Under the pieces are notes generated by a model, which worked only from the letters and a program-made list of their open reading frames with translations, was not told the origin of the DNA and ran no database searches. Source: a virus (lineage: Duplodnaviria > Caudoviricetes). From it: 64,000 nt of DNA. How positions within the stretch are numbered: the first letter of the stretch is position 1; every line of letters starts with the position of its first letter. A program made the translations under genes and the position numbers. The stretch lies in IMG/VR virus record IMGVR_UViG_3300032007_000074, positions 7,749 through 71,748 of that record; one strand, 5' to 3'. Positions 19,201 to 27,501 of the stretch are shown in pieces.

Positions 19201-21749
19201 TTTAACTCTCTGACTTGATCTTTCCACCCTTTTGTGGCTTCATCGGCCACCTTAGGATTAATATAATTTTCTAGAGAACCAATCGTTTTATTGAGGTCCG
19301 CGATACTATTTTTTGTCTCCTGTACTTTTTGGTCAAGTTCGTTATACTTCGAGACAGCCTCGTCGAGGTTCTTCTGTGAGCTATATCCGTAGAAATTAAC
19401 AAGAGCATCCTGCTCTTTCATCTTTTTGTAAGCGTCCTCTCTTTGTTGAAGAAGTTCGTCAAGTTGAGTCTGAAGAGAATTTCTGGTAATTATTGCGGCA
19501 TTAAGTGATTTTTTAGCCTCGTCTTTTGATTGAGCAAGTTCTTCTTTGTTTTTTTCTCGCAGCGCTTCAACATTCTCTTTCAAACTTTCGGTTTGAGCAT
19601 CAATTTTAGATGTCATTCCAGGAAACGCGTCTTGCAATTTGCTGATTGTCGCGTAAAGTTTATTGTTTTCTTTCTCTGTCCTCTCCGTCTTCGATGCGAG
19701 TTCCTCGTATCTGTCAATCAACTTTTCGTTCTTCCCAAACTGCTTTTCTGCGGTGGCAAAATTATCTAATGCAACCTTATAATCAGAAAGAGATGTTATC
19801 GCGTTTGCTGATTCTTTTCTCCAAAACACAAATGCAGACGCTAGGCCAATAACAGCGGAAGCAACAGCGGCATACGGATTGGACAACATTGCTAATGTCA
19901 ATTTAGCAAAAGTCCTTGACAAAATTCCGTTTGACGCAGCCAAAGCCGCGTTAGCCTTTGCCACTAGCCTTGTCGTTCTTTCATAACCTAGCAGGCGAAT
20001 AGAAGCTTTACTGACGCCGGCGCCCATGAGTTGCTTCGCCGTCATAACTTCAATTGCCGATTTCGCAACTTGCTTATTCCGCAAATTTGCTACAGCGGCA
20101 GCAGCGCTATATGTAACCCACGCGAATCCGATTGACTCGATAAGTTTCGGGACGATACGGATGTTTTTCGCTAAAACAGTAAGAATATCCAGCGCCAACT
20201 GGTTCTGCCAGGCAAATGTCTGTGTTTCTCCTGCAGCCTGAAGACCCACATCAAATGCGTCCTTAAGTTTTTCCCACTTACCCTTAATCGTCTCCGCCTG
20301 CTTCTCCTGCATCTTGTAAAACATGCCGCCCTTATCTGTAAGGTCCTCGAAAATATCAGCGATAGCGGAGAACGGTACGGCTCTTTCAGATATAAGTTTG
20401 AATACATCAGCGGTTGTGTATGTGGTTTTGTTTAATTCACCCATCTTTTCTGCTAACAAATCCACAAGCGGGATGCCGGCCTCGGTAAACTGACGCAATT
20501 CCTGTCCGCGTAACACGGATGCTGCTCGGACCTGGCCATAGGCAAGAATAAGTCGGTTCATCTCAACACCAAGTCCAGCAGAGATATCCGCAAGGCGCAT
20601 TGTCGTATCAAACAAGTTTTCCTGCTCAATACGGTATGCGGCAAGTTGCTTCGTGTATGTAACAAGCTGCGTAATACGGAACGGAGACTGCTGGGCCGCA
20701 TCTTTAATTCTTTCGAATAAGGCGGCTCCGTATTGCTCGTCCTGAATGAGACGGCCAAGAGCTACGCGCTGGTATTCTAACTCTCCGGTTACATCTCTAA
20801 GTTGCTTGGCGAAGCGAAACAAACCAAACACGGAAATGTACATCGAGGCCATAGATGTAAGTTGGCGGAGCACTGTTGACTGTGATTTCATTGCGGCAGT
20901 CGTAGACTCGACCGCAGGCTTTGCTTTTGCAGCGGTAGCCGACAAAGACTGGCCGTACTTCTCAGACTCTGCAGTAAGAGCCTTGAATTTATCAACAAGC
21001 CGTTGCGCCGACTTTGACAAGTTTCCGTTTTCGTCGAACTTAACCCTTTTGCTCATCGCGTTCCATTGGGATTCAAGTTTCGACATTTCTTCTCGAATAC
21101 GATCTATACTTCCTGGCTTAGACAATCCGCGAAGCTTCTGCTCGTATTTCGACAACTCTTTTGTTGCCTTCTCTATTTCCTTCGCAGTTTGACCCCACTC
21201 TTTACTTTTCGGGTCAATATTTTGCAACTTTCCTCGAAGTGAAGATATCTTATCGCTGAGGTCGTCCATCGTTTTTGTCTCTCTTTCAAGAGCATAATTC
21301 CCCTTATCAATCGCATCTACCACAGCAAGTTGTCTTTGAGCCTCCTCAGAAGCCAGCCTGGAACCCTTTGTGCGAAGATTTGCTTCGGACTCTAAAAGGA
21401 CGATGGCGTTCCTCAGCGCCTCCATTTCTTCAAGCTTCGCAAGAGAAAGAGTTTTCCCCTTTGCTTGGGATACATATAGTTCGTCATAACGGGTCTTTGC
21501 TTCCCTGATTGCATTGTTTAGATGCTCAGAAGCAAAGTTTATGTCTCCATATACATCTCTTACTGTCTTGAGAATCGTAGATACCCTTTGGAGGTTTGGA
21601 AGCTCTCCTTCCGACGCAACATTTATAACCAAGTCCGCCGTCTGCCTATTAATCTCTTGCTTAAGCGGACGAATTGCTGTTCCAACTCGCGTCGCTGCAT
21701 CGTTAAATGCTTTTTCAATATCAACGACTACCGGTATCTCAACTGCCAT
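16245..21749 (-). CDS. Tape measure protein
   Basis: 1834 aa, helical; tape-measure motif region (QSPFRITQLVTYTKQLAAY, LADISAGLG, ELRQFTEAGIP); canonical position. Confidence 0.9.
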   Translation of the reverse strand: MAVEIPVVVDIEKAFNDAATRVGTAIRPLKQEINRQTADLVINVASEGELPNLQRVSTILKTVRDVYGDINFASEHLNNAIREAKTRYDELYVSQAKGKTLSLAKLEEMEALRNAIVLLESEANLRTKGSRLASEEAQRQLAVVDAIDKGNYALERETKTMDDLSDKISSLRGKLQNIDPKSKEWGQTAKEIEKATKELSKYEQKLRGLSKPGSIDRIREEMSKLESQWNAMSKRVKFDENGNLSKSAQRLVDKFKALTAESEKYGQSLSATAAKAKPAVESTTAAMKSQSTVLRQLTSMASMYISVFGLFRFAKQLRDVTGELEYQRVALGRLIQDEQYGAALFERIKDAAQQSPFRITQLVTYTKQLAAYRIEQENLFDTTMRLADISAGLGVEMNRLILAYGQVRAASVLRGQELRQFTEAGIPLVDLLAEKMGELNKTTYTTADVFKLISERAVPFSAIADIFEDLTDKGGMFYKMQEKQAETIKGKWEKLKDAFDVGLQAAGETQTFAWQNQLALDILTVLAKNIRIVPKLIESIGFAWVTYSAAAAVANLRNKQVAKSAIEVMTAKQLMGAGVSKASIRLLGYERTTRLVAKANAALAASNGILSRTFAKLTLAMLSNPYAAVASAVIGLASAFVFWRKESANAITSLSDYKVALDNFATAEKQFGKNEKLIDRYEELASKTERTEKENNKLYATISKLQDAFPGMTSKIDAQTESLKENVEALREKNKEELAQSKDEAKKSLNAAIITRNSLQTQLDELLQQREDAYKKMKEQDALVNFYGYSSQKNLDEAVSKYNELDQKVQETKNSIADLNKTIGSLENYINPKVADEATKGWKDQVRELNTYKTSLGSIPLFTPQEIDDLESVYDYYKKLKKLWTDSKTSLEGLKEAYENATEPLIKAKLLTEVEDAQAMFDAIERAREFFGFIFKKSSGGGSRQTDPFVTRMQERIKFMQDFKKGYDDLSKYMARAGALEKESGIMLGRGMSLGMSADEQRRAATDLSKWYEDMIATVSSRLKSKGVRGTSVTALLGIDTSRRSKDVQDLQKLLQSLWDAKTDFDTSQMKKSIEDALKKLSDEIKRSETARNFYQDILGLTGDEQLAASMSVSVYGGIGDEFKDRMQQQLNGALESLKVDKSFTVTDDIAKAFSDMDFKKILAIDGLPEEVEKVVRQAYENSQKYDADLLKNFASLISKYGDTAQKVATIRAKAENEINKVKDALKLSLENTELTPEERKALQERADEIIRALEGQRDLDEFKAGEDYIKFFSEINVMTAEQAAEVRGKLRDAYLKAFNDGAISADQLRRNLRAVDEQFKKLSENTTLLGSYLSGGFDAANEKLREYADNITVLAAKMQSGKELDQAEQSYVSRMLKRFGGDGVKNAKSYGDLLNAFSNTGGLKAAGQALGNMGKGMSAIASKGAGALAIVDAIFQAVHSTITSIQQMIDELNRMRSEDNKVGEWFKYVSDFDKYTYSGWEKLKSGDVIGATADAVSSWISIFNNIQEDKVKRINEDIEEQEKLLDDLQYSYERLDKVIQKSFGSEYIYNYQKQLENLQAQADAYRKQAELERGKGKSADEDVAKDYEKQARNIEDQIADMRTQLSEFFAGTDLTSAAEDFANSWIEAYKEFGSTTDAMSEKFNDMIQNMITRSLAAKIMQEMLQQIFDQIDTMSQDGLLATDEIAAIAALAQERIPLINDAMTNLMTSLASAGLDVRASTAGFHGISKDIAGASEESILGLAAAINTQNFYISYVPTISENVSQILAAMTGGVSPTAPVETTETGEVLPSVQRMVYDHLPNMDANLAEVLRLVRSVITTKNGTTNTNYVAIK

Positions 21750-22218
21750 AACTTTCTTGTTTTATGATGTGGTTTTGAATTTCTTCCAAAGTTTCTGGCT
21801 TCTTCTTTCGTTTCACTCCGATTCCGAAGCCAGCCATGATGTCGCGGATTTCATCATCCGAGCGCACAGTATCTTCCCACTTAATGATTTCTTCCCGCTC
21901 TGTCTTTTCATAATCGTAGTCAAAGTAACTCTTGTCAAGTAACAACATTGTTACATAATTCGCGGAATCGACATACCAGTACCTGAACCACGACCAGAAA
22001 CCGAAGTTTCCGTAAATATGCTTGATCCTTTCGTTATGCTCGGAAGATAGGAATGCGCTTCCTATTTGTTTTCCTCCTTTATCCCCAAAGCGTCCTCTTC
22101 CAACATATTCATTACGCTTTCCAGCCGCTCTAGCGTTTGCCTGGCGGCGTCGCCAACCGGTCTCATATAAAGCTCGCGTTCCTGCTTTGAGATATCCCAG
22201 TTGGCCTTGGAAAAACCC
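21739..22218 (-). CDS. -1 frame extension of the tail assembly chaperone (gpT-like)
   Basis: The -1 frame is open from the slippery site to the stop at 21739 and is bounded upstream by a TAG four codons before the site; its first ATG is only at 21948. Confidence 0.75.
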   Translation of the reverse strand, partial: GFFQGQLGYLKAGTRALYETGWRRRQANARAAGKRNEYVGRGRFGDKGGKQIGSAFLSSEHNERIKHIYGNFGFWSWFRYWYVDSANYVTMLLLDKSYFDYDYEKTEREEIIKWEDTVRSDDEIRDIMAGFGIGVKRKKKPETLEEIQNHIIKQESYGS

Positions 22219-22595
22219 AAGTCTGCGCTAACGACTCCCGCTTCGTTGATTCTGAATGTCGTCTCGTTTCCACGGAGCTGAAGGATGTGCCATTTTAGCC
22301 ACCAAAGCCCAGGGACGAATAAGGCCCAGTTCCCGAGCAAGTAATACGCTGCCTTCTTGGAATGCAGAGAAAACAGTTTTCGCGTGATCTTTTTTGCTTC
22401 CTTCTGCGACACGCCCTGCTTGCCTTTTGCTTCAAGGACTTGCGCCTCTTGTTCTAGAAGCGCAATCTTCTCTTTTACGGCTTGGGCAACCTGCCGGACC
22501 TTGTATTTCCTCCGGCCAATCACGACCGTGCATGGCGCCCCCGTAATCGTCTCATACGCGCCGTTAAGAAATCTTTCACTTGCGGATTTTTCCAT
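22062..22595 (-). CDS. Tail assembly chaperone (gpG-like)
   Basis: 177 aa between the tail tube and tape measure genes; contains the slippery heptamer. Confidence 0.8.
   Translation of the reverse strand: MEKSASERFLNGAYETITGAPCTVVIGRRKYKVRQVAQAVKEKIALLEQEAQVLEAKGKQGVSQKEAKKITRKLFSLHSKKAAYYLLGNWALFVPGLWWLKWHILQLRGNETTFRINEAGVVSADLGFSKANWDISKQERELYMRPVGDAARQTLERLESVMNMLEEDALGIKEENK
22212..22218 (-). other. -1 ribosomal frameshift slippery heptamer G GGT TTT
   Basis: X XXY YYZ pattern in the correct phase (codons GGT TTT of the chaperone). Confidence 0.75.
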
Positions 22596-22599
22596 ATCT

Positions 22600-22630
22600 A
22601 AAAAAAAGGGACGGGCGCAAGGCCCGCCCC
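22600..22630 (-). terminator. Rho-independent terminator after the tail tube gene
   Basis: GGGGCGGGC-CTTGC-GCCCGTCCC followed by T8. Confidence 0.75.
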
Positions 22631-22654
22631 AGGAGAAAAATTTGGTTTAGGTGT

Positions 22655-23245
22655 TTACTTCTCCACGATCATACCAGTCGCAAGGACGGTCTGGCCCTGG
22701 TCGTTGCGGTTGTCCACATTCTCGGCGAGGACAACAGCGTGGATGCGCCACAGGCCGTCCGCCAGCGTCAGGTTGGCGGTGATCTTCGCCTTCGGATAAA
22801 TCCAGGCGCGGTTCAGCTCATCGTTCAGGATGCCGATCGGACGGGTCATCACAGGGAGAGCGGTGCCGAATCCGACAGCGGTGACGGTGTTGTCAGCGGT
22901 GTCGCCATCCCAGAAAAGACCGGAAAGGGAGGTACCGGTGATGTCCACACCCTTCAGGAAAGTCTTCACCATCGCGGGGGAGGTGGAGGCAATATCGAAG
23001 GAGAAACCGAGCGTACCAGCGGTAACGCGGGCCGTGATGAGGTTACCCTGCTCGTCGAGGATTTCGTCGGTGGAGATGTCCTCGCCTTCCCATGTGGTGG
23101 AGTCCTGGACAATCTGACCCAGAGACTTAGGACCGGTAAGGCTGGAAAGCGTTGCTCCAGCGTAGTCGGCGATTTCGTCGAAGATTACCAGGTCGCCCTG
23201 TCCTGCGAACAGCTTCTGAGCATTTTCGAATTTTGCAATTGCCAT
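22655..23245 (-). CDS. Major tail (tube) protein
   Basis: 196 aa, high-GC codon bias like the capsid gene, followed by a terminator and the chaperone. Confidence 0.75.
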   Translation of the reverse strand: MAIAKFENAQKLFAGQGDLVIFDEIADYAGATLSSLTGPKSLGQIVQDSTTWEGEDISTDEILDEQGNLITARVTAGTLGFSFDIASTSPAMVKTFLKGVDITGTSLSGLFWDGDTADNTVTAVGFGTALPVMTRPIGILNDELNRAWIYPKAKITANLTLADGLWRIHAVVLAENVDNRNDQGQTVLATGMIVEK

Positions 23246-23247
23246 AG

Positions 23248-23751
23248 TTATTCAGAGTTAAAATTGTTTCTTGTATGCCACATAAGGTTAAGTGTGGTGA
23301 CTGAATATCCCGATGTTTGATTCGGTGTCGTGGGAGTTATGAATCGCGGGGCGTCGTATTTGTAGACATATTTGTCGGTAACGAGGTTTTTGTAGTGCTC
23401 CGTCACCTGATTAGTCTCAGGATCTTTTATGCGCTCTATGAATATTTCGTCGATTTGACTCAGCAGTTTCTTCGTACGATTCTTCTTGACAGAGCCATCG
23501 TCATTCATCTTTGAGTACAGACTGACCATGATGTAACCACTCGCATAGTCCACATCCATTCCGACACCACCGATAGTACCGTTCTTGTACACAACGATGA
23601 AGTCGGTAGGGAGGTCATTGGTAGACCGTTCCCAGTCGCCATAGACATCCACTTTCTCCTGGGAGCCGTTTACAGTCTCCACATGGATGTTCAGTGCCTG
23701 CAGGATATCCCGCAGTTCAACATCTGGTTCTATGGAGGAAGGTTTGATCAT
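23248..23751 (-). CDS. Tail terminator/completion protein
   Basis: 167 aa; synteny directly before the tail tube gene. Confidence 0.55.
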   Translation of the reverse strand: MIKPSSIEPDVELRDILQALNIHVETVNGSQEKVDVYGDWERSTNDLPTDFIVVYKNGTIGGVGMDVDYASGYIMVSLYSKMNDDGSVKKNRTKKLLSQIDEIFIERIKDPETNQVTEHYKNLVTDKYVYKYDAPRFITPTTPNQTSGYSVTTLNLMWHTRNNFNSE

Positions 23752-24338
23752 TTCTTCTTCTTGTCAGCAACAAACACACGAGAGCGATATCCTCCGGCAC
23801 GCTTTGTGAAGTAATCTTCCACATTCGACGCGAACCGTTTGGCTAGTTCTCGCTTATATCCTGCATGTTCCGGCATCTGGTCAACCTTATCTGCGTATGG
23901 GACTCCCACGACGACTGTGGCTGCCACCCCGGGATAAAAATGCAGGACTCGCTGCATATTCTGAGCTTCGCGAATAGCCCACTCAGCACCAACAATAGGC
24001 ATCCCTTCGTAAGTCTGTACCCCATCCGCGTCTTCAGGCATATAATGGATGGCAACAGTTCTGTGCCTGTCCGAGACAATGCCTGCAACGCTATCGTGAA
24101 GGTTACCGGAGTACCACGGATAGAAATGGGATCCGCCGAAAGACATTCTCTTCCCGGTTTTGCTCTTTGCTTCCGTGTGCCTATCCCAGTCTGCGTCAAT
24201 CTGAGACAGAGAGTCCTGGACGGCTTCTGACATCCACATCTTGGCCCAGTTAGTCAGATGTTCGCCGGCATAGCCAAGCGCATACGTAAAGCCTATCACG
24301 GATTTTTTCCAGTCTACTTGTCTGCCGTACCTTGCCAT
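23748..24338 (-). CDS. Neck/tail component (HK97 gp10-like position)
   Basis: 196 aa, YSGNLHDSV motif; synteny. Confidence 0.5.
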   Translation of the reverse strand: MARYGRQVDWKKSVIGFTYALGYAGEHLTNWAKMWMSEAVQDSLSQIDADWDRHTEAKSKTGKRMSFGGSHFYPWYSGNLHDSVAGIVSDRHRTVAIHYMPEDADGVQTYEGMPIVGAEWAIREAQNMQRVLHFYPGVAATVVVGVPYADKVDQMPEHAGYKRELAKRFASNVEDYFTKRAGGYRSRVFVADKKKK

Positions 24339-24339
24339 C

Positions 24340-24678
24340 CTAGTCTCCTTGTGCTTGTTTCAGTTCAATTCGAGTCAGCTTAACATTGGTCCTCCAGGGC
24401 ATGTTGATGTCCCTAACAATGCGGCTTACGGATTTGATTACCCGTCCGAACTCGGTGGTCACTTCTACCGAATCGTTTATCCGCACCTGGACATCAACGC
24501 CGGGGATGAAGATAAGAGGATTTCTCGTCACAAAAGTCCTGGAGTACCCTGTTCCGCCCTCCTCGTAAAGGCAAGGGCCTTCATAGATTATCTCCGGGTT
24601 GACGGGATTATCCCACTCATCCCTTCCGCCGTTATCCCTTGAGATAACGCAAGTGTCGCGAAACTCAATAAACTGCAT
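24340..24678 (-). CDS. Head closure protein
   Basis: 112 aa, GGRDEWDNPV motif; synteny. Confidence 0.55.
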   Translation of the reverse strand: MQFIEFRDTCVISRDNGGRDEWDNPVNPEIIYEGPCLYEEGGTGYSRTFVTRNPLIFIPGVDVQVRINDSVEVTTEFGRVIKSVSRIVRDINMPWRTNVKLTRIELKQAQGD

Positions 24679-25072
24679 TTCTTCTCAAAGAACTCGCGTC
24701 GTACATCTCGCTTGAGGAGTCGTCCTCTTCAACATCGAAGCCCCATTTGAGGCGGAGGGCATCGCCCATTGCTTTGAAGCGAGCTCTGTCCGCCATCGTA
24801 ATGGTGTATCCGCCCCGAGAGGCGCGTACATCTCCGACCTGTTCGGAATAACCGCCGCCGGCGAAAACTCCCAGCACCGAATAGTAGATTGTCGAAGAGG
24901 CATAGTCCAGCCGTTTCTGGAACTCTTCGTCCTCGTCATAGTCGTCGATATCCTCGTCGATTTCCAGTCGCTCGAGTTTTACCTCGATGGGACTTCTAGC
25001 GGCGCGGGCGACAACCGTGTCCTGGAGATCGAGACCAGAGACCAAACTACGCAGATACTCTTCGACAGTCAT
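24665..25072 (-). CDS. Head-tail connector/adaptor
   Basis: 135 aa directly after the major capsid gene; GGYSEQVGD motif. Confidence 0.6.
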   Translation of the reverse strand: MTVEEYLRSLVSGLDLQDTVVARAARSPIEVKLERLEIDEDIDDYDEDEEFQKRLDYASSTIYYSVLGVFAGGGYSEQVGDVRASRGGYTITMADRARFKAMGDALRLKWGFDVEEDDSSSEMYDASSLRRNAVY

Positions 25073-25074
25073 AA

Positions 25075-26292
25075 CTAAATCGTATGAAGGATAAACATGT
25101 CACGAGGACGGGTAGGAACGCACAGCACGGTGAGTTCGGAAACCCAGTCCTGATACTTGGTGCGGGCATCGTACCGGTACTCGATGATGCCGTGACCTCC
25201 GAAGATCGTCGCGCTGATCGCGCTCGGGTCCGGACGGAGCGGAACGACATTCTTCTTGATGCCGACCTTGCCGGAAGGACGCACCAGATAGGTGTTCTTG
25301 TTGAAGGCCCAGAGCTTGTTTCGCACGAGCTTCTTCTGAGTGTCATCCCACACCTCGACACCACAGCGGGTCTTGCTGTACAGGACCTCGTCGGCGCCGA
25401 TAATGGCCTTGAAAGCGGCTTTGATGGCGTCGTCAGAAGCGGTGTCGGCGATAGCAGCGGCGGTCGCCTGAGCCTCCGCGGTCATGCCGGCGGAGACACG
25501 CAGGGAAGGAGTCATCTGGTAGCCCAGGGCGATCTTCCACTTGCTGTGCTTCATGTCCTCGAAGAAGGAGGACTCGTTCACCTCGACGGTCACAGAGTCG
25601 TACACTTCCTTCGCGTCGCGAACCATCTTCTTGAGGTCATTGACCGGATCGGACGCCGAACCTTCAGCGGTCTTGGCGTCGGTGGTGAACCATTTCTTCG
25701 CGTTGGTCAGCGTGGTGATGTTGGCCTGGGGGATCTGGGCGCTGAAGGTGATGTTCTGGATACCGCGAGGGTTGTTGGTGTTGGTCAAAGTGACAGCACC
25801 AGCAGACTTCATCTGGCCGACCTGGTAGGAGATGGAGCCGATGTGGGCGTCCTGAATCTCGGACAGACCGCCGAAGAGAAGCTTGGCGAGGTAGTTCTTG
25901 ATGCCGTCAGCGGGAGACTGGTTCATGAAGGTGGCGGACACCTGGATGTTCTGCAGGGTGATCAGCTCCTTGCGGTAGTCGTTTTCACCAAGCTCCCAGC
26001 GAGCCTTCTGGCGAGGGATGGAACCGCTCAGGGTGTTGAAGCCCTTGGTTCCGAGAGGAATCGGATCGGAGTTGAGGTCGACATAGGTCGCCATCACCTT
26101 GATCTGGTCTTCGACCTCAAGCATCTTGTAGTCGAAGTCGATCTGCGGGGTGTCCCACTCTTCGAAACCGATTTCGTTCAGATTCTGGCTCTCGCGACGA
26201 GAGAGAACCTGCAGGTAGTACGCCATGAAGGCGTCGGACGAAGTGATGCCGTTGGAGGCCATCAGAGTGTCAAGTCCAAAATACTGATTCAT
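25075..26292 (-). CDS. Major capsid protein
   Basis: 405 aa, strong codon bias, preceded by scaffold and decoration genes. Confidence 0.8.
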   Translation of the reverse strand: MNQYFGLDTLMASNGITSSDAFMAYYLQVLSRRESQNLNEIGFEEWDTPQIDFDYKMLEVEDQIKVMATYVDLNSDPIPLGTKGFNTLSGSIPRQKARWELGENDYRKELITLQNIQVSATFMNQSPADGIKNYLAKLLFGGLSEIQDAHIGSISYQVGQMKSAGAVTLTNTNNPRGIQNITFSAQIPQANITTLTNAKKWFTTDAKTAEGSASDPVNDLKKMVRDAKEVYDSVTVEVNESSFFEDMKHSKWKIALGYQMTPSLRVSAGMTAEAQATAAAIADTASDDAIKAAFKAIIGADEVLYSKTRCGVEVWDDTQKKLVRNKLWAFNKNTYLVRPSGKVGIKKNVVPLRPDPSAISATIFGGHGIIEYRYDARTKYQDWVSELTVLCVPTRPRDMFILHTI

Positions 26293-26296
26293 AGTT

Positions 26297-26668
26297 CTAC
26301 TCGTTTACGAAAGTGATACCAGGGAGAAGAGCCTTGACGGCTGCGGAAATGGACGGGATGCGCTTGGCGAGCACCTGCCCCTTGGTGACGATTGTGCCGG
26401 TCGCGCCGACATTTCCGATGTAGACATCCTCATAGAGGAGGCCAGTGACACCGGTCTCGGGAGCGGCGGCGTCGGCAGCGAGGACAGTGGCCTCACCACC
26501 CATCTTCGGGACATACACGACAGAGCCGGCTGGGATGGTCGTACCCTGGGTCTGACTGTTCAGGGTGCAGCCAGCCGGATAGAACTCGTCAGCATGGAGC
26601 CAAATGGGAACCTTTCCGGCAGCGAAATTCTGGCTGTCATTGTTGAAAGAGTTACCGTAGTTTTTCAT
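26297..26668 (-). CDS. Head decoration protein
   Basis: 123 aa between scaffold and capsid genes; TIPAGSVV and GLLYEDV motifs. Confidence 0.6.
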   Translation of the reverse strand: MKNYGNSFNNDSQNFAAGKVPIWLHADEFYPAGCTLNSQTQGTTIPAGSVVYVPKMGGEATVLAADAAAPETGVTGLLYEDVYIGNVGATGTIVTKGQVLAKRIPSISAAVKALLPGITFVNE

Positions 26669-26691
26669 TGGTCACAACTTTTTGGTTAAAC

Positions 26692-27387
26692 TTACTTCTT
26701 TTCTTCGGGAGGCAGAAGACCTTCGCCTTCGAGGTACTTGACCTGGGAAGAGAAATCGAAGTTCCCACCTTTTTCTCCTTCCGACTCGAAAGGCTTGGAC
26801 ACATCCGTGCCCTTTCTGTTGGTGTAAACCTTGAAATACTCCATGGCCTTGTTGGAAAGTTCCTCGGCGGTCATGTTGCCACCCTTCGCTTCGTTCAGCT
26901 CGGATGCGCGTTCCCAAGCGTCGTCTGCCTCGTCCTTGAACTTCGTTGTCCACTTGTTCGCGTAGAAGGTGTCCTTCGCCAGAGTCTTCGCTTCCTTCGC
27001 GGAAGTCTGCGACTTGAATGTCTCGAAAGCATCCTGGACGGGCTTTACGGCTGCGGCGACAGCATCCGCGACAATCTTTGCGATGTCGGGTTTCTGTTCT
27101 TCACCGCCTTTCCCTTCTTCCCCTTCCTCTTGCTTTTCGGGATGTTTCGCCTTGTAGTCGTCGTGAACGCGCTGCAGGTCGGTCCGTTTCTGGATCTCCG
27201 AGTCGCGCATCTTCTGCAACTCCTGGGCGATAAGATTCATCGTCTCCACATTGGCAATAGCGTCGGCGATTTCTTCTTCTTTGGTGACTGTCTCTTCTTT
27301 TGCTGAGGCGATCCGGTCCCAAGCCTCGTTGCTCAATCCAAAGCTTTTATACTTCGTCTTAAGCGCTTCTGCAATTTTCTTTTTCAT
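26692..27387 (-). CDS. Capsid scaffolding protein
   Basis: Start MKKKIAEALKTKYKSFGLS at 27387; charged coiled-coil sequence; first gene after the promoter. Confidence 0.65.
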   Translation of the reverse strand: MKKKIAEALKTKYKSFGLSNEAWDRIASAKEETVTKEEEIADAIANVETMNLIAQELQKMRDSEIQKRTDLQRVHDDYKAKHPEKQEEGEEGKGGEEQKPDIAKIVADAVAAAVKPVQDAFETFKSQTSAKEAKTLAKDTFYANKWTTKFKDEADDAWERASELNEAKGGNMTAEELSNKAMEYFKVYTNRKGTDVSKPFESEGEKGGNFDFSSQVKYLEGEGLLPPEEKK

Positions 27388-27417
27388 ATATAGAAGGTTA
27401 GAATTGAATTCTTGCCG

Positions 27418-27448
27418 CAAATATATCAAAAAAGTTGAAAGAAACAAA
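27418..27448 (-). promoter_or_regulatory. Bacteroidota promoter for the head-tail operon
   Basis: TTTG-19 nt-TATATTTG on the minus strand. Confidence 0.7.
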
Positions 27449-27462
27449 AGTTGGGCATGGAA

Positions 27463-27495
27463 TTTGCTAATAATCGCCCCTTTTTCGTATCTTTG
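27463..27495 (+). promoter_or_regulatory. Bacteroidota promoter for terminase-portal
   Basis: TTTG-21 nt-TATCTTTG, 6 nt before the ATG at 27502. Confidence 0.7.
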
Positions 27496-27501
27496 CGGTG
27501 T

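Noticed and set aside
25084-26316. 410-aa plus-strand ORF opposite the capsid gene (also 44680-46167 and 48555-49700)
   Set aside because: These are antisense shadows of strongly codon-biased genes and carry no recognisable motifs.
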